Shown: positions 1 through 11,202, counted from the first letter of the stretch. The stretch is 64,000 nucleotides of DNA from an uncultured Verrucomicrobiae bacterium (GCA_963738245.1 CAVTWB010000015.1:49156-113155), one strand, 5' to 3'. Notes: generated by a model not told the origin, from the sequence alone. Numbers and translations are program-made.

Positions 1-1287
1 AGCTTTTGATTCTCGATGCGTTCGGCGGCTTGGAAAAGGAGCGTGACGCATTTGGCGAATCTCGTCCGCCGCCGCGCGGTTTTGGAAAATGAAAAATCCG
101 CGCTCATCGTGGATGAAAAAACCTACGCGCAGCAGCTCGACCTGCTGCGTTTTCAAGTTCAGGAAATTTCCGCCGCGCGCTTGCAGCCGGGCGAGGACAA
201 ATCCGTCGAGGAGGAATTCAACCGCGCCAGCAACGCGGCGAAGCTGCTGCAATTGAGCCAGGCCGCGCTCGACGCCTTGAGCGAAAGCGAAAATTCATTG
301 CTCACTCAGTCCGGTGCCATCGGCCGCGTGCTCGCTGAATTGCAGCGCGTGGACGCCGGCGCGGCGAATCTGACCGCGTTGCACGCGCAGGCGGGCGAGA
401 CGTTGCGCGAATTGCAGACCGAACTTTCGCGTTACGCCGACAAGGTGGACGTTGATCCCGCGCGGCTGGCGGAACTGGAGGAGCGGTTGAATCTGCTCCA
501 CTCGCTCAAACGCAAATACGGCGCGACGCTGGCGGAAGTCATCGTGTTCGGCGACGACGCGAAGCAGAAATTGCAATCGCTTGAAAGCCGCGACGCGGAA
601 CTGGCCCGGCTCAACGCGGCGCTGGAAAAACTGGACGCCGAAATTTTGAGCGCCGGGAAAAAGCTTTCCGCCGCGCGCAAGAAAGTGATTCCGCAACTCG
701 CCAAGGCCGTCAGCAACCAGCTTGAAGATTTGGGGTTCAAGCAAAGCAAGTTTGACGTGGCGATTAAATCTGATCTGGTAGCAGCCGAGGTAACGAGGCT
801 CAAATCTGATGCCAATCAGAGCCTCGTTGCGTCGGCTGCTACAATCAAGCAAACCGGTCTTGACGAAATTGAATTTCAATTCGCGCCCAATCCCGGCGAG
901 CCGGCCAAGCCGCTCCGCGCCATCGCGTCGTCCGGCGAAATGGCGCGCGTGATGCTGGCCTTGAAAACCGTGCTGGCGGCGGAAGACGAAATTCCCGTCC
1001 TGATTTTTGACGAGGTGGACGCGAACGTCGGCGGCGAGACGGCGAACGCGGTGGGCGAAAAGATGAGGCAGATCGCGGCGAAACGGCAGGTGCTGTGCAT
1101 CACGCATCTGCCGCAGGTGGCCGCGCCGGCGGACGCGCATTACGTCGTGAACAAGCAAATCCGCGATGGCCGGACGATTTCGGAAATCACCTTGCTCGAC
1201 AAAAAATCACGCGTGACGGAACTGGCGCGGATGCTGGGCGGCCAGACCGACGCCGCGCGCAAACACGCCGAGGCGTTGCTCAAGTAA
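1..1287 (+). CDS. recN: DNA repair protein RecN (5' truncated by window; apparent 1-nt indel near nt 60)
   Basis: C-terminal ABC-ATPase motifs ASSGEMARVML, LIFDEVDANVGG, QVLCITHLPQVAA after a long coiled coil; upstream frame reads LLILDAFGGLEKERDAFGE and joins LVRRR after a frameshift. Confidence 0.95.
778..842. repeat. REP-like palindromic element inside recN, in frame
   Basis: GTAGCAGCCGAGGTAACGAGGCTC...GAGCCTCGTTGCGTCGGCTGCTAC inverted repeat; related intergenic copy at 26228-26297. Confidence 0.8.
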
Positions 1288-3514
1288 TTTTTCTCCGCCA
1301 GATTTTTTGCAGAAACATCAAAGCCGTTATTACGACGCAAATCCACCCAAACCAGTCGCCGTGGCGGTTGTAAAAAGTCGGCGCGGGTTTTTCAGCCGGC
1401 AACGGCAGGTCAAACGTTATTGCGCCGACACCATAAACGCCGCCGGCGGCGTCCTTGAAAACCTGCCGCACTTGGCCGTGCAAATCTATCCAGCAGGTGA
1501 CGCCGTTGTTGCAGCAGCGCACGAGCGGCACTCCGTTTTCCACCGCGCGGAAAACGGCGGCGGCGGCCTGCTGCCATTGCTCCGCGCCTTCGCCGAACCA
1601 GCCGTCGTTGGTCAGGTTCACCAGAAAATCCGTGTCGCCACGGACGGACTGGCGCGCGGTCTGCGGAAACATGTCTTCAAAACAAATCAGCGGCGCGGCG
1701 GTGATAGGAGCGCCGGCCTCCGGCCCGGCATTCAGGGAAATCGAATTAATTTCGAGCCGGACCGGAGTTCGGCGCTCCAATTGAAACGTCACCGGCTGGT
1801 CGCCCGCCGCGTAGCCGCCGGTGATGGGCGTGAACCATTTCAGGAACGGCAGCCAGCGCACGAGCGGAATGTATTCGCCGAAGATGACGAGCTTTCGTTT
1901 GTGATAAATCGCCGCCAGCTTTCCGTCCGGGTCAAACAGAAACGCCGCGTTGAAATCGTCGTAGTCGGTCTGGCTTTTGGCGTTTGCGCGCCACACGGTG
2001 TCGTCGGCGTTGAAAATCATCCAGACATGGTGCGTGCGGACGAGATTGGTGATGGCGACGTAGCTCGCGTCGTCAAAATCCGGCAGCGCCGATTCCGGCC
2101 AGATGAGCAGATCGGTCTGGTTCGTGAGCGCGCGGTCCGTGAGCGCGAGCAATTGCTTGAAAGCGGTTGGAATTTGCGGTCGTGTCCCAAATCAGATTTT
2201 GCGGCACGCTCGGTTGAATCAAAGTGACGCGCAGAGAATGCGAATTTGCATTCGGCGGCGTCCGCATTTGGAAACTGCCGAAGGCGAAACAGAATCGCGA
2301 CGACCAGCAGCGGCAGAAAAACTTCCGGCTGCCACGCAAAGCGCGACTCCGGTTTGGAAAAAATCATCCGGATCGGCGGAAAAAAGCGACAGCGAAGCCC
2401 AAACCACGAGAAACGAAACGCCATAAACGCCCGTGACGGACGCGATTTGAATCAGCGGCGTGAGATGGTATTGCGACGTGCCAAGCAAATTCCATGGAAA
2501 GCCGCCGAGGAAATACGCGCGGAAAATTTCGAGCGCGACCCACGCCGCCGCGCCGGCGAGCGACCAAAGATTTCGCTGCGTCCAACTGCCGGCGCCGGTT
2601 TTTCCGGCGAGCAGCCACGTCCAGATGCCAAAATAAACCGCCATGAACGCGCTTAACGCGAACCAGCCGAGAATTGGAAAACCGGCGACGGGAATCAGCA
2701 GCAGCCAATAAATTGAAGCGAGCCAGAAGGAAATTCCGGCGGAATAGCCGGCGCGAAAAGCATCACCGCCGGTTTTGCCGCGCGCGGCAAATAAAATCAG
2801 CGCCGGCGCAACCCACGCGAAACCGGCGATGCCGAATTTGGGAAACGCCGCCGCCAGCAACAGTCCGGCCGCGATGGCGAGCAAATAACCGCTGCGAATG
2901 AAAAGTTCGTTCAGAACGCTTTTGAGAATTGCAAACGGCGAATAGCCGTCGGTGAATGTCGGGCCAAGCTTCGCGCATTCGCCGGCGGTTTTCAAAACGG
3001 CCCGGCTGGCGTTGACGACGATGGCTTCACGCGCGCCGCGCCAGACGGCAAAGTCGGCGGCGGAATTTCCGGCGTAATCAAATCCGCGCGCGCCGAATTT
3101 TTCCGTGAGCGCTCTTGAGTTTGTTTTCACTGCGCAGGTTGGTTTTGCCGTCGCTGCCAAGCACTTCGTCAAAAAGTCCGACGTGATTGGCGACCGGCAG
3201 GGCCATTTGCAAATCGGACGCGGTGGCGAGAACGAGTTTGCGTCCGGCGGTTTTTTGTTCGCGCAGAAAGCCAGAAATTTTTCGTTGATAGGGCAGGGTG
3301 GCGGGATCAATTTTGACGCGCGCGGGCGAGTTCTTGTTTCAATAAAGCACGACCGCGCGACCACCAAAACAGACACTTGAAAAATCGCGAACGGATTCCG
3401 GCGCAGCAGCCGCGCGAGCGATTCCCAGAGCAAATCCGTGCGGATGAGCGTGCCGTCCAAATCCACGGCGAGCGGGATTTGGTTTGTTGGCGGCGCGTCG
3501 GGCGTTGGCGGCAT
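1280..3514 (-). CDS. lnt: Apolipoprotein N-acyltransferase with N-terminal HAD-like domain (several frameshifts)
   Basis: N-term LAVDLDGTLIRTD; TM region with GGFPWNLLG; C-term nitrilase-fold motifs WPES, YHKRKLVIFGEYIP, ICFED, NLTNDGWF, RAVENG; split over ORFs 2219-3514, 2073-2339 and 1280-2152. Confidence 0.88.
1707..1778. repeat. Palindromic element inside lnt, in frame (72 bp)
   Basis: GGAGCGCCGGCCTCCGGCCCGGC...GCCGGACCGGAGTTCGGCGCTCC; same family as 47068-47130 in hrpB. Confidence 0.8.
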
Positions 3515-3523
3515 GGCTTTGAA

Positions 3524-4108
3524 TTAGCCGTTGAGCGCGCGTTGGAGCAAGGCTTTTTCGCGCTCGCCGTAATTTAATTTCAGCGCCTCGGCGCGCGCGG
3601 CTTCGGTCATCTTGGCCCAGGATTTTTGGAGCGCGTTGATCATTTTGTCGTCGTCGCTTTTGGCGGCGAGGGCGGCGAATTGAAATTCGAGGAACACGAG
3701 GCAGAGCGCGTCTTCGAGCGTGCGGGTTTCGGCATCGGCGGGGAAATTTTTCTTAAGGTTCAAATCCTGCACGCGGCGGATGGTCTCGTCGTCGTAGCCG
3801 ACTTCGCGGAGAATCGCGCCGGATTTTTCGGCATGAAATTTTTTCAGGTCGGCGCGCCATTTCAGATAACCGGCGCGGGTCATCGGATAATTTTCGCGCG
3901 GGCTTTCCCAGCGGCAGATGTGCTGGCAGCGCGCGGCGAGGCGCAAGGCTTCCGAAGCGTCCGGCGCGAGCCGCAAAACCCAGTTTGTCAGTCGCTGCGC
4001 GTAAAGCAGTTCGCGCGGATGGGAAATGCCGCCAACAATTTCGTGATTTGGATCACGGGAATTTTCCTCGTCGAAGCGTCGAATGGCGGCTGCAAACTTT
4101 TCATTCAC
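3524..4108 (-). CDS. DUF4202 family protein
   Basis: Motifs DPN, PRELLYAQR, ARCQHICRWESPRENYP..RAGYLKWR, LEDALCLVFLE, KSWAKM; GTG start inferred. Confidence 0.8.
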   Translation of the reverse strand: MNEKFAAAIRRFDEENSRDPNHEIVGGISHPRELLYAQRLTNWVLRLAPDASEALRLAARCQHICRWESPRENYPMTRAGYLKWRADLKKFHAEKSGAILREVGYDDETIRRVQDLNLKKNFPADAETRTLEDALCLVFLEFQFAALAAKSDDDKMINALQKSWAKMTEAARAEALKLNYGEREKALLQRALNG

Positions 4109-4211
4109 GCGGCGAGTCTTTCCCAAGCGGCGAAAAATGCAAGCGAGTTCAGCCGGCAACCAAAAACGTGCCGCATAATTTTTCGCGGCGCGTTGAGATG
4201 GATTGCAATTC

Positions 4212-4616
4212 TCAGTGTTCGTGGTGGCAGCCGCAGCCGTGGCCGCAGGAGCCTTCTTCCAGATCGGCGGCAACCGGGATGCGGCCCAGTTCAATCGTCT
4301 TGGCGACGGTTTTTTGGACGGAATGCTGGAGGTCGTGCATCTCCTCCTGCGCGTCGAGGAAGCCGGTCGCGACGGGATTTTTCAGCAGCGCGTCGCGGTC
4401 CTTTTCAAACGCGGCGATTTCCGCCGGGTCGAGCGGCTGGCCGTGGTGCTGTTTTTCCTGGAGCGCCTGGCCCTTGCTCATCAGGGTTTCATACGCGCCG
4501 CGCGCCGAGGTGTCGGCTAGAAAGGTGTCAATGCGCTGGCGGACGCCGTTCGTCTGGAGCTGTTCGAGAATGGCTTCGCAAAGTTCGTTCGTTTTCGTTT
4601 CAATTTTTGTTGGCAT
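4212..4616 (-). CDS. YlbF/YmcA-like regulator with C-terminal Cys/His tail
   Basis: Helical protein with LLKNPVATGFLDAQEEM and tail SCGHGCGCHHEH. Confidence 0.65.
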   Translation of the reverse strand: MPTKIETKTNELCEAILEQLQTNGVRQRIDTFLADTSARGAYETLMSKGQALQEKQHHGQPLDPAEIAAFEKDRDALLKNPVATGFLDAQEEMHDLQHSVQKTVAKTIELGRIPVAADLEEGSCGHGCGCHHEH

Positions 4617-4756
4617 AAATTGGCCACAGAATAAAGCATATCCGGCCGCTGAAAGCAATCGCCAAGACAGGTGTTGGGCCAAAATATATGACATGAACTT
4701 GTAGTAATCAATTTGACACGGATTGCGGAAATCGCTAAATCATCGGCACACTTTTT

Positions 4757-6694
4757 ATGGAACCCATCCATCTGCACAAAATAGACTACTCCATTCTCAT
4801 CGCCTACGTCGGTTTCGTCATCGGTATCGGCTGGATGCTGGCGCGTTACATGAAGACGTCGTCGGACTTTCTCACGTCGGCGCGCTCCATTCCGACCTGG
4901 GTGACCGGCCTGGCGTTTATCTCGGCCAATCTCGGCGCGCTCGAACTCGTCGGCATGGCGGCGAGCGGCGCGAAATACGGCATCAGCACCGCGCACTTTT
5001 ACTGGGTGGGCGCGATTCCGGCGATGATCTTTCTCGCGGTCTTCATGATGCCGTTTTATTACGGCTCCAAGGCGCGCTCCACGCCAGAATACCTCAAAAT
5101 GCGGTTTGATGAACGTGTCCGCGGGCTTAACGCCGTTGCCTTCGCGGTGATGACTATTTTCGCCTCCGGCATTTCAATGGACGCGCTCTCGAAATTGTTG
5201 AACCAGCTGCTCGGTTGGAATTACAACTTCGCCCTGTTGATCTGCTCCGGCGTGGTTTTGCTTTACGTTTTGAAAGGCGGACTGACCTCGGCGATTTACA
5301 CCGAAGTGCTGCAATTCTTCATGATCGTCCTCGGTTTTGCGCCGGTGGTTTATCTCGGTTTGAAGGATGTCGGCGGCTGGCACGCGATGAATACTGCATT
5401 GCAGAGCGTTGCGGTAAATCCCGCCACGACCTACCTCAACTCCAGCACCAATTTCGCTCCGAATGCCTGGACCAGCGCCTGGACGCCCGTGCTGGCCGGC
5501 CCGACGCACAATCCGATGGGGGTGGACTGGATCGCGATGATCTTCGGTCTCGGCTTCGTGCTGAGCTTCGGTTACTGGTGCACCAATTTCCTGGTCGTCC
5601 AGCGCGCGATGGCGGCCAAGAACATGACCGCCGCCCGCAACACGCCGCTGGTGGCCGCCGTGCCGAAAATGTTTTTTCCGTTTCTGGTCATCGTGCCCGG
5701 CATGATCGCCGTCGCGCTGACCTCGATGCCGGACAAAAATTACCGCATCCCGCCGCCGATTGTTTCCGAGGAAAATTATGCGAAGGCGATTGACGCTGTG
5801 AAAAGCGCCAATCCGGCGGATTCCGTGGCCGCCGTGAAAGCGGTCGGCGATGCGCTGGGCGAAAAGGTCGCCGCTGACAAAATCGCTTCGCTGGTCGCCG
5901 CCAATGCCGCCGGCAAATTATCCGACGCGCAGATCAAGCAGGGTCTTTACAACAGCATCGCCGAAAATTATTACAGCGGAGTCATCCTCTCGCTCATCAA
6001 AAAATACTGTCCGCCCGGTTTGCTCGGCCTCGCGCTGACCGCGTTGCTTGCCTCCTTCATGTCCGGCATGGCGGGTAACGTCACCGCGTTCAACACCGTC
6101 TTCACCTACGATCTGTATCAGGCCTACTTCGTGAAGGGCAGGAGCGACCGGCACTATTTCCTGACGGGCAAGGTCATCACCGTCGTCGGGATTATTTTAA
6201 GCATGGGCGCGGCGTATTTTGCCAAGCAGTATGACAACGCCATGGACATCATCCAGCTCGTGTTCGGCTTCGTGAACGCGCCGATCTTCGCGACGTTCCT
6301 GCTGGGCATGTTCTGGAAACGCACCACCGGCACGGGTGCGTTCCTGGGTTTGTTTGGCGGCATCGCCAGCTCGGCCCTGTTCCATTCACTCACCATTGCG
6401 CAGGGCAATCTGCCCGGCGTCAAAGGCGGCTATGTGCATGTAATGCAAATCTTCCCCAGCGAAATGGCGCAGAACTTCTGGCTCGCCTCATTCGCCTTCA
6501 CCTGCTGCTTTGTGCTGACGCTGGTGATTTCGCTGGCGACCAGCCGCACCAAGTCCGACGCCGAACTCAAGGGGCTCGTCTATTCGCTGACGCCGAAAAT
6601 CGTGGACAATAACATTCCGATTTATCAAAAGCCCGCCGTGGTCGGCGTCGTGCTGCTGGTCGTCTGCGCCATTCTCAACCTGATTTTCTGGTAA
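4757..6694 (+). CDS. Sodium:solute symporter (probable Na+/galactose)
   Basis: SSS motifs YLKMRFD, GGLTSAIYTEVLQ, YWCTNFLVVQRAMAA; ~13 TM helices; upstream of galK. Confidence 0.9.
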   Translation: MEPIHLHKIDYSILIAYVGFVIGIGWMLARYMKTSSDFLTSARSIPTWVTGLAFISANLGALELVGMAASGAKYGISTAHFYWVGAIPAMIFLAVFMMPFYYGSKARSTPEYLKMRFDERVRGLNAVAFAVMTIFASGISMDALSKLLNQLLGWNYNFALLICSGVVLLYVLKGGLTSAIYTEVLQFFMIVLGFAPVVYLGLKDVGGWHAMNTALQSVAVNPATTYLNSSTNFAPNAWTSAWTPVLAGPTHNPMGVDWIAMIFGLGFVLSFGYWCTNFLVVQRAMAAKNMTAARNTPLVAAVPKMFFPFLVIVPGMIAVALTSMPDKNYRIPPPIVSEENYAKAIDAVKSANPADSVAAVKAVGDALGEKVAADKIASLVAANAAGKLSDAQIKQGLYNSIAENYYSGVILSLIKKYCPPGLLGLALTALLASFMSGMAGNVTAFNTVFTYDLYQAYFVKGRSDRHYFLTGKVITVVGIILSMGAAYFAKQYDNAMDIIQLVFGFVNAPIFATFLLGMFWKRTTGTGAFLGLFGGIASSALFHSLTIAQGNLPGVKGGYVHVMQIFPSEMAQNFWLASFAFTCCFVLTLVISLATSRTKSDAELKGLVYSLTPKIVDNNIPIYQKPAVVGVVLLVVCAILNLIFW

Positions 6695-6721
6695 AACCAA
6701 ACCGCCAACCAAACAAAATTT

Positions 6722-6925
6722 ATGGGACTCGATATCCGCTGGCCAATCGGCCTCATGTTCACCCTCATCGGGGCGCTGCTCGTCATTTATGGCGTCGCTC
6801 TGCCCGCCGGCTCCGTCTCGCTGGGCATCAACATCAACCTCATCTGGGGCATCGTGCTGCTGGTGTTCGGCGTCCTGATGCTCGCGGGCGCAATCCGTGG
6901 CGGGAAAAATCCACCGTCTGCTTAA
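6722..6925 (+). CDS. Small two-TM membrane protein associated with SSS transporter
   Basis: MGLDIRWPIGLMF...ININLIWG, two hydrophobic segments, operonic position. Confidence 0.75.
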   Translation: MGLDIRWPIGLMFTLIGALLVIYGVALPAGSVSLGININLIWGIVLLVFGVLMLAGAIRGGKNPPSA

Positions 6926-6976
6926 ACACCAATCTTCACATGCCGGTAACTTGCGTTGCCTGCAATTTTATTTTCC

Positions 6977-8155
6977 ATGACCAGTTTGCAAAAGCTAGCC
7001 GCCGAAACCGCTCAACAATTTGTCAAAACCTACGGACGCCCGCCGCGCTGGATTGTCGCCGCGCCGGGCCGCGTCAACGTCATTGGCGAACACACCGATT
7101 ACAACGACGGCTATGTGCTGCCAATGGCCATCGAACACTATGCCGTCATGGCCGCCGACCGCGCGCCTGCTGGTGGAAATTTTTTCCAAATTCGCGACAC
7201 CAACGCCGGCGTCCAGCCGTTGCTGGTGGATTTGTCTGTGCCCGTCACGCCCGGCGAGCCGAAGTGGGGCAATTATCCGCGCGGCGTGATTGCGGGTTTT
7301 CTGGAATTGGGCATCAATCCCGGCGGGCTGGACGTGCTGCTGCATTCCACCGTTCCGCTGGGTGGCGGGTTGTCCAGCAGCGCGGCGCTGGAAGTGGCCA
7401 CCGCCACCTTGATTGAGGTGGTGACTGGTAAGAAAATTGATCCGGTCACGAAGGCCTTGCTCTGCCAGAAGGCGGAAAATGACTTTGCCGGCGTTCCCTG
7501 CGGCATCATGGACCAATTCGTTTCCGTGATGGGCCGGGCGAACCATCTGCTGCTGCTCGACTGCCGTTCGCGCAAGACCGAACTCGTGCCGATGAACGAC
7601 GCCGCCGTGTCGTTGATGATCATCAACACCAACGTCAAACACGAACTGGTCGGCGGCGGCTATGCCGAACGGCGCAGGCAGTGCGAACAGGCCGCGAAGA
7701 TTCTTGGCGTGCCGGCCCTGCGCGACGCGACGGCGGAAACTTTGGAACGTGCCAAGGACAAGATGGACGGGGTGGTTTTTCGCCGGGCCTGCCATGCCAT
7801 CAGCGAAATTGAACGCACCGTCCATGCGGCGGAAGGCGTGCGCGCCTCGAACTGGCCGACCGTCGGCCAGCTCATGTATGCGAGCCACTACTCGCTGCGC
7901 GACGATTACGAAGTCAGTTGCAAGGAGCTTGACGTGGTCGTGGAAATTGCCGAAGGCATCGGCTACAGGGGCGGCATTTACGGCTGCCGGATGACTGGCG
8001 GCGGTTTTGGCGGCTGCGCCGTCGCGCTGGTGAAAACCGAACTGGTCGAGGCCATTTCCCAAAAGATCGCCGCCGATTATAAAAAGAAAACCAAGATCGA
8101 AGCGACGATTTTTGTCTCGCGGCCGGCGGCGGGCGCGACGGTCATCAAGGGCTGA
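6977..8155 (+). CDS. galK: Galactokinase
   Basis: APGRVNVIGEHTDYNDG, PLGGGLSSSAA, CGIMDQ, RMTGGGFGGC. Confidence 0.95.
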   Translation: MTSLQKLAAETAQQFVKTYGRPPRWIVAAPGRVNVIGEHTDYNDGYVLPMAIEHYAVMAADRAPAGGNFFQIRDTNAGVQPLLVDLSVPVTPGEPKWGNYPRGVIAGFLELGINPGGLDVLLHSTVPLGGGLSSSAALEVATATLIEVVTGKKIDPVTKALLCQKAENDFAGVPCGIMDQFVSVMGRANHLLLLDCRSRKTELVPMNDAAVSLMIINTNVKHELVGGGYAERRRQCEQAAKILGVPALRDATAETLERAKDKMDGVVFRRACHAISEIERTVHAAEGVRASNWPTVGQLMYASHYSLRDDYEVSCKELDVVVEIAEGIGYRGGIYGCRMTGGGFGGCAVALVKTELVEAISQKIAADYKKKTKIEATIFVSRPAAGATVIKG

Positions 8156-8235
8156 TTTTTTCCGGCAAGCGGTCGTAGGCAAACCAGTTTGCGATTTGAC
8201 TGGTTTAATTCCCCGGTTTCTGTCCATCATTAGAA

Positions 8236-8529
8236 ATGAGGAAAACCAAGATTAAAAGGGCCGGGCCCAAAACCAAAGCGGCGTCAAAGTCCGCACCTGT
8301 GCGTCGCGCGCGCCTGCAACCGGTGGCATCGGGTCAGATTTGGCGCGTCGGCGAACAGAATCTTCAGGTCATCCTCGTCGGCAAATTGCTGGTGCATTAC
8401 AAGCTGGCGGCGCCAAAAGCCGTCCGCGTTTCCAACTCCGTGGGCAGCCTCACGGCGGTGGAAAAATATCTGAAAACCAACAAGGCCGTCCTCCTCAAAA
8501 CCGTCAAGGTGGATCCGGTGAAATACTGA
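8236..8529 (+). CDS. Hypothetical basic protein
   Basis: 97-aa ORF with host-like codon usage, Lys/Arg-rich N-term, GQIWR motif. Confidence 0.6.
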   Translation: MRKTKIKRAGPKTKAASKSAPVRRARLQPVASGQIWRVGEQNLQVILVGKLLVHYKLAAPKAVRVSNSVGSLTAVEKYLKTNKAVLLKTVKVDPVKY

Positions 8530-8570
8530 TCTTCTGACGCCGAGTTGCATTTCTTGCCCGCCGCCGGCGA

Positions 8571-9347
8571 TTATTCGCCCAGCATTTGTTTCAACTTCGG
8601 TTCCATCGCGTTCGCCCAAATCCGGTAACCGGTTTCGTTGGGATGCAGCGCGTCGGGCATGATGGATTTGGAGATGGAGCCGTTGTTCTCAATCAACAGC
8701 GGGCCGAGGTCGAGGTAGAAAATATTTTTGCCGTCGTCGAGCCGGGCGAGCGCCTCATTGACCTCCAGAATTTTTCCGCGCTGCGGGCTGAAGGTCTTGC
8801 CGCGCGGGAAAATGGCGAGCAGCAGGATTTTGGTGTCCGGCTGGCGCTCGCGGATTTGCTGCACGATGGCCGTGACGCCTTCAAGGATTTCGGCCTCGGT
8901 GTTGTCCTGGTTGTTGGAATTGTTCGTGCCGATCATGACGACGGCAACCTTCGCCTTGATGCCATCGAGCTGGCCGTTCTCAAACCGCCAGAGGACGTGC
9001 TGCGTCCGGTCGCCGCTCACGCCGAAATTGATGACCTTGCGGTTGCCGTAAAATTCCTGCCAGACATTTTTACCGGCACCTTCCCATCCCTGCGTGATGG
9101 AGTCGCCGATAAACTCAATGTCATAGTCGCCGGGCGCTTCCTTGGCGCGGCGCAAGACGAGGTCCTGGCGGTTGGTGGCATAGTGGTCGGTGCGCGGCAC
9201 GGGAATGATGGCGGTGTTCTGGTGAACTTCCGGCGCGGCCGCATTCGTGGCGTCGGCGGGCGCATTGGTTTGTGCGGGCATCGAATATTGCAGGGCGAGC
9301 ATTGCCGCCATGGCGGCGAGGACGGGTTTTAGAGCGCGGAATTTCAT
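8571..9347 (-). CDS. Secreted SGNH/GDSL esterase (PAF-acetylhydrolase-like)
   Basis: Signal peptide; FIGDSITQGW, NFGVSGDRTQH, MIGTNN, DALHPN. Confidence 0.9.
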   Translation of the reverse strand: MKFRALKPVLAAMAAMLALQYSMPAQTNAPADATNAAAPEVHQNTAIIPVPRTDHYATNRQDLVLRRAKEAPGDYDIEFIGDSITQGWEGAGKNVWQEFYGNRKVINFGVSGDRTQHVLWRFENGQLDGIKAKVAVVMIGTNNSNNQDNTEAEILEGVTAIVQQIRERQPDTKILLLAIFPRGKTFSPQRGKILEVNEALARLDDGKNIFYLDLGPLLIENNGSISKSIMPDALHPNETGYRIWANAMEPKLKQMLGE

Positions 9348-9502
9348 GCCGGGAAAATGGCAATTGCGCCATGCGCCGTCAATCTTCGTGTTGAAGTTTT
9401 TGGGTTTGGTCCGGCCATGTTTGATTCGGGCGTCAAAATAAAATCTGCTGACAACCGGTGGATATTTCGGTTAAAACTGAAGCCAACGAATCTCATAATA
9501 CC

Positions 9503-10237
9503 ATGACCAACAAACTTCAAGGCAAAGTGGCGATCATCACCGGTGCCAGCGCCGGCATCGGTCAGGCCTGCGCGCGGGCGCTGGCCGGCGAAGGCGCAAA
9601 TCTCGTCCTCACCGCCCGCCGTCAGGAACGGCTTGACCGGTTGAAACTCGAAATCAAAGCCGACGGAGACAGGGCCGTGGTTGTCATCGGCGACGCGCGC
9701 GAGGAAACAACCGCGATCCGGACGGTGAAGGCCGCGATGGATGCGTTCGGTCACGTTGACATTTTGATCAACAACACGGGCATGGGCAATTACAAGAAGC
9801 TCGTGGATACCAGCGTGGCGGAATATAACGAGATGGTGGACACGAATGTCCGCTCGACCTTCCTGTTCACGCGACAGGTGGTGCCCGTGATGGTGGCGCA
9901 AAAGTCGGGAACCATCCTGATGATCTCCTCGATGGCCGGCGTCTATGGTTTTGGCGGCGAGGCGGTGTATTGTATGACGAAGTTCGCGCAGATCGGCTTC
10001 GCGCAGGCGCTCGACCGCGAATTGCGCGAGAGCGGCATCAAGGTCGGTGCCATCTGCCCCGGCGGCGTCAAGACGGAGTTTGCGCTCGGCAAGGGCCGCA
10101 CCGAACAGTCGGTCAAGGAGTCCAACATGCTCGACCCGGAAGACGTCGCGGGCGTGGTGCTGCTGGCCTGCACGCAGTCCTCCAAGTCCCGCATCATCGA
10201 AATCCAGATGCGCACGATGGCGGAAGGGCTGGCCTAG
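9503..10237 (+). CDS. SDR family oxidoreductase
   Basis: TGASAGIG, NNTG, YCMTK catalytic YxxxK. Confidence 0.9.
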   Translation: MTNKLQGKVAIITGASAGIGQACARALAGEGANLVLTARRQERLDRLKLEIKADGDRAVVVIGDAREETTAIRTVKAAMDAFGHVDILINNTGMGNYKKLVDTSVAEYNEMVDTNVRSTFLFTRQVVPVMVAQKSGTILMISSMAGVYGFGGEAVYCMTKFAQIGFAQALDRELRESGIKVGAICPGGVKTEFALGKGRTEQSVKESNMLDPEDVAGVVLLACTQSSKSRIIEIQMRTMAEGLA

Positions 10238-10801
10238 TTTCCAATTTTTTGATTAGATAATATAAACTTGAAGTAATTTAAAAACTGGCTGTAAGTGCTT
10301 GTTTTCCAGTCTAGTGAGTTCGTGCCTGCGCCGGTAATGCTGTGGAGGAATTGAACGCTTTCAGATGTGGCCAAATGCTTTTTCCCGATCAAAAAATGGG
10401 TTTTGACAGCTTTGCCCACAGGTCGGACTTGCGTCGTTGGAGCCAACGCTCTTTTTCCGGATGGGCGTGTCAAATGGGACAGCGCCAAGGCAAACCCCGC
10501 ATCGTTCAATTTGACCAGCACCGGACAATACGCTTGGGGTATAACCAGCGCCGCCGGTTCAATTGGAGAATCTACGGGTAGCACCACCTTTCGTTACGTC
10601 AAGGCCCACCTCCCGCCGTGATTTTAGCAAGGTGGGGATGACTTTCACATCGTTCCTGAAATTTGTTTTGAAATTCAGCGAGGCAAGGCTCCACTTCTTA
10701 CAAATAGGGGCCGTTTCTCCGTCCAAACCGCTTAAATTCTCCGCCAGTTTGGCCCAGTTTCCCGACATTTAAGCCTAAATCAGAGCTGGAGGCAGGCCAG
10801 T

Positions 10802-11053
10802 CCATCACTTTGCCGCGCAGCAAAGCCATCACGCTTTGGAACAAGGCGACGATGTCGCGCGGCATGATGATTTTGCTCCCAAGCTGAGCGTTTTTAATCC
10901 ACGGCATGACGATGATGTCGGGCGGCAAAACCATTTTGCCCCGCAGCAACATCGCATTACCGCGCGGTCTGATGGTTATGCTCCGGAGGAGGGGAACCAT
11001 GCCGCGAAGCCGGCTGGCGATGTCGCCCGGCTTGACGGGTTTGCCGTGCAGCA
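10802..11053. repeat. Degenerate 21-bp tandem array A (12 units)
   Basis: Units on an exact 21-bp grid, e.g. ccatcactTTGCCGCGCAGCA, aggcgacgATGTCGCGCGGCA, aaaccattTTGCCCCGCAGCA, tgacgggtTTGCCGTGCAGCA; ~8 variable nt plus ~13 semi-conserved nt. Confidence 0.85.
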
Positions 11054-11202
11054 AAATTACTTTTTAATACAAGTCCAGCTTCAATCGTTCCCAAAAGGCA
11101 TCTGACGAGGGTTTTTGGACTGAAACATGCGGCAATTCCGGCAGGTAACAATGCCGTTTTTATGCGGTTGTGGTCAACCGCGGCGGTTGCAGGAGAAAAA
11201 TT

